From the IMG/VR virus record IMGVR_UViG_2609460344_000017: DNA of 7,501 nucleotides; one strand, given 5' to 3'. Position 1 is the stretch's first letter; every line of letters begins with the position of its first letter. Shown one piece after another: positions 5,401-7,501 of this stretch. This DNA comes from a virus. Taxonomy: Duplodnaviria; Heunggongvirae; Uroviricota; Caudoviricetes. A program made the translations under genes and the position numbers. The notes under the pieces were generated by a model. That model ran no database searches, had not been told where the DNA came from, and was given only the letters and a program-made list of their open reading frames with translations.

Positions 5401-5826
5401 TCAATGCACAGCCACAATATTTCCTGCAGGGCCACCACGATTCATCTGGTTGAAACCAGCGATCGCCACTGCGACAAAATCATCAGCGTCTCTCACCAGT
5501 CGTTCCCGCGTCTCCACCAGCTCCCGAAAATAAGCTGAACTGTGGCTGCGCATTCTGGCCACCAGCAAAGGTGGCATTGCCTTTTCGATCGCTGGTAACA
5601 ACGCCTGAATTTTTTCAACTGCATCAGGGGTGTCTTTCTCTACCCAGCGGAAAATTTTCTGGGTATTGCGAGCCAGGGCTTCCGGATGGCTGTCGTCATA
5701 CAGTTCTGGGAACGTCATACCCAACTCAAAATAAGCCTGGGTTATTCCAGCTGCTGGAACTTTCTCACCATCAGGATATGCCCAGGCATTCATCGCCATG
5801 CGGATGTGCTCATGTTTGATTTTCAT
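5401..5826 (-). CDS. ydaT: YdaT-like protein (Rac prophage ydaT homolog), 141 aa
   Basis: ATG at 5826-5824 with AAGAGG ribosome-binding site. Size, sequence (MKIKHEHIRMAMNAWAYPDGEK...) and position immediately downstream of a ydaS-like gene match Rac prophage YdaT as I recall it. Confidence 0.8.
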   Translation of the reverse strand: MKIKHEHIRMAMNAWAYPDGEKVPAAGITQAYFELGMTFPELYDDSHPEALARNTQKIFRWVEKDTPDAVEKIQALLPAIEKAMPPLLVARMRSHSSAYFRELVETRERLVRDADDFVAVAIAGFNQMNRGGPAGNIVAVH

Positions 5827-6133
5827 GAATCATTTGCCTCTTGATGCTTCGGGTATGATCGTTTTCGTCATTTGGTTGCTTCATCGACATATTCTGCGAA
5901 TAACATGACGAGCGTCGTAAGTATGTCCAATCAACATCAGGACGAAGTTCTTCACACAGGACACCACCTTTTGTTGCTCGTTCAATCGCAGGACATCTCT
6001 CAGCAGGCAACTGACGTACACCTTTGATCCATTGATTTACGCTTGGAGGAGATACACCTAAAAGCCTAGCCATTGCTGATTGCCCACCGACAACAGCACA
6101 AGCTCGTTTGAATGAATAGTTATCTTTTTTCAT
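5810..6133 (-). CDS. ydaS: YdaS-like Cro-type helix-turn-helix protein, 107 aa
   Basis: Preferred start is ATG at 6133-6131 with GGAG about 10 nt upstream; the ORF track's upstream start at 6154 lacks a ribosome-binding site. Helix-turn-helix region AMARLLGVSPPSVNQWIKG. Divergent from the repressor gene. Overlaps the ydaT-like start by 17 bp. Confidence 0.8.
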   Translation of the reverse strand: MKKDNYSFKRACAVVGGQSAMARLLGVSPPSVNQWIKGVRQLPAERCPAIERATKGGVLCEELRPDVDWTYLRRSSCYSQNMSMKQPNDENDHTRSIKRQMIHENQT

Positions 6134-6160
6134 CGAATGAACTCCAAAAAACACACAATA

Positions 6161-6228
6161 ATATTAGGCTTAGCCTAATGCGATTGTCAATAGGCTATGC
6201 CTAACGCTTCGAGAGTAGGGATTGCCTA
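6161..6228. promoter_or_regulatory. OR-like tripartite operator with a PR-like promoter for ydaS-ydaT, between the divergent racR-like and ydaS-like genes
   Basis: Three inverted repeats of the form TAGGC-N3-GCCTA: 6164-6178 (TTAGGC-TTA-GCCTAA, perfect), 6191-6203 (perfect 5-bp arms) and 6216-6228 (4 of 5). Centres are 25-26 bp apart. A minus-strand promoter, -35 TTGACA (reverse complement of 6185-6190) and -10 TAATAT (reverse complement of 6161-6166), overlaps site 1. Confidence 0.55.
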
Positions 6229-6257
6229 ACGCGATGCGCATAGGAGACTATTAAGCA

Positions 6258-6734
6258 ATGCTTAGTGGTAAAGACTTAGGCCGAGCGATAGAGCAGGCCA
6301 TCAACAAAAAAATTGCATCAGGAGCCGTCAAATCAAAGGCGGAAATCGCACGTCATTTCAAAGTCCAACCACCATCAATCCATGACTGGATTAAGAAAGG
6401 TTCGATAAGTAAAGACAAACTTCCAGAACTATGGCGTTTCTTTTCTGATGTGGTTGGTCCAGAGCATTGGGGGCTTAACGAATACCCCATACCAACCCCA
6501 TCCACTTCAGATACAAAAAGTGAACTTTTAGACATAAACAGCCTTTATCAAGCCGCCTCTGATGAAAAAAGAGCAATTGTGGCTTTCCTCTTATCTGGAA
6601 ATGCTACGGAGCCTAGTTGGGTTGATCATGACGTTCGCGCCTACATTGCCGCAATGGAAATGAAGGTAGCTAACTATCTGAAAAATCAAGAATCAAAACG
6701 GAAAAGCCAGAACATCACCAAGACAGGAACTTAA
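6258..6734 (+). CDS. racR: RacR-like prophage repressor (XRE-type helix-turn-helix), 158 aa
   Basis: ATG at 6258 with TAGGAGA ribosome-binding site 10 nt upstream. Helix-turn-helix region SKAEIARHFKVQPPSIHDWIKKG. Divergent from ydaS-ydaT, as in the Rac immunity region. Confidence 0.8.
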   Translation: MLSGKDLGRAIEQAINKKIASGAVKSKAEIARHFKVQPPSIHDWIKKGSISKDKLPELWRFFSDVVGPEHWGLNEYPIPTPSTSDTKSELLDINSLYQAASDEKRAIVAFLLSGNATEPSWVDHDVRAYIAAMEMKVANYLKNQESKRKSQNITKTGT

Positions 6735-6748
6735 ACTTATATGGTCCG

Positions 6749-6778
6749 ACGGGAAATTCCTAGTTCCCGTTAGTTAAC
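6749..6778 (+). terminator. Candidate intrinsic terminator after the racR-like gene
   Basis: Perfect 7-bp stem ACGGGAA / TTCCCGT (6749-6755 and 6764-6770) with an 8-nt loop, followed by TAGTTAACTC. The tail is only moderately U-rich. Confidence 0.35.
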
Positions 6779-6830
6779 TCCTACTACCTCTCCCACAAAC
6801 CATCACCTATTAGGTCGCACCCAAATCATT

Positions 6831-6871
6831 AGGCATAGCCTATTGACAAGCAATTAGGCATTTCCTATAGT
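6831..6871 (+). promoter_or_regulatory. OL/PL-like element: consensus sigma70 promoter overlapped by two operator repeats
   Basis: -35 TTGACA (6843-6848), 17-bp spacer, -10 TATAGT (6866-6871). Operator-type repeats TAGGC-ATA-GCCTA (6831-6843) and TAGGC-ATT-TCCTA (6855-6867) overlap the -35 and spacer/-10. Confidence 0.5.
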
Positions 6872-7052
6872 TTTCCCATACCAACCCATCCCGTCCCACA
6901 CAATACAGGGCAATACCTAGAGTTACCCGGCAGTGGTCAGGGATTAAGTAGCCAGCCCGAGGCGTATGAACATGACGGCGGGAACACTTTGTATAACAGC
7001 GCAGCAGGTTTTTAGTTCCGCTACCCCAGCGTTAAGGGGAAATGAGGTCAGC

Positions 7053-7205
7053 ATGGATACTATCGAGCTTGGCAACAACGAATCTCTGGTATGTGGCGTG
7101 TTTCCCAATCAGGACGGCACGTTTACCGCGATGACGTATACCAAAAGTAAAACGTTTAAAACCGAAGCTGCCGCGCATCGCTGGTTAGCCAGAAACGCTA
7201 ACTGA
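7053..7205 (+). CDS. Small prophage protein (50 aa), YdaF-like by position
   Basis: ATG at 7053 with GAGG ribosome-binding site 5 nt upstream; stop at 7203-7205. Lies downstream of the PL-like promoter on the same strand as racR. An in-frame ATG at 6966 would give 79 aa but has a poorly spaced ribosome-binding site. Confidence 0.5.
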   Translation: MDTIELGNNESLVCGVFPNQDGTFTAMTYTKSKTFKTEAAAHRWLARNAN

Positions 7206-7501
7206 TTAGCGCCAGTAAAAACAGGTTTCCACAGGTTAATTTACCCTGAAAAGTCAGGGCATAACACGAAAGCGCACGGCGAGATCCCTTTGCATATAAG
7301 TCTTGTCGTTAAATTTCTTCGACCGTGCGCTTCTGGTTGTGGCAATCCGCGAAATGGCGCGGCGGTAAGTATGGCGGGGGTATTTCTTCCCCCGTTGAGG
7401 ACACCGGGTTGTCAGGGTGACCATACGCTTAAGTGACAACCCCGCTGCAACGCCCTCTGTTATCAATTTTCTGGTGACGTTTGGCGGTATCAGTTTTACT
7501 C

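Noticed and set aside
4049-5819. Seven plus-strand ORFs of 63-86 aa (4049-4252, 4304-4495, 4534-4794, 4989-5180, 5187-5390, 5341-5538, 5571-5819)
   Set aside because: All are antisense to the long minus-strand replication, ydaT-like and ydaS-like genes. They have Pro/Arg/Ser-rich translations typical of reverse-strand artefacts and lack ribosome-binding sites.
6353-6535. 60-aa ORF on the minus strand inside the racR-like gene
   Set aside because: Antisense shadow of a well-supported repressor CDS.
6966-7052. Upstream ATG at 6966 that would extend the small ydaF-like protein to 79 aa
   Set aside because: Its Shine-Dalgarno spacing is poor (about 3 nt), whereas ATG 7053 has GAGG at 5 nt. Kept only as an alternative start.
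7254-7466. 70-aa ORF on the minus strand at the 3' end of the window
   Set aside because: It starts with TTG, is extremely Arg-rich and has no ribosome-binding site. Its frame is open to the window edge, so a real gene entering from downstream cannot be excluded, but the translation does not look protein-like.

Overview
Mosaic accessory region that looks Escherichia-like, read by eye with no searches run. Four blocks: (1) 1-567 is the right end of an IS186-type (IS4 family) insertion sequence, with the transposase C-terminus and a 23-bp terminal inverted repeat. (2) 590-950 is a hok/mok/sok type I toxin-antitoxin locus on the minus strand; the IS ends only 22 bp past the hok stop codon. (3) About 960-3243 is a conspicuously AT-rich island carrying a convergent, 3'-overlapping gene pair: a 365-aa protein with no recognisable catalytic motif and a 192-aa protein with a clear PD-(D/E)xK nuclease signature. 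This is my main candidate for an undescribed or poorly described defence or abortive-infection module. (4) 3244-7205 is a Rac-like lambdoid prophage early region: three translationally coupled small genes, an iteron-containing replication initiator, ydaT-like and ydaS-like genes, and a divergent racR-like repressor flanked by two operator clusters. No rRNA, tRNA or CRISPR array was seen.
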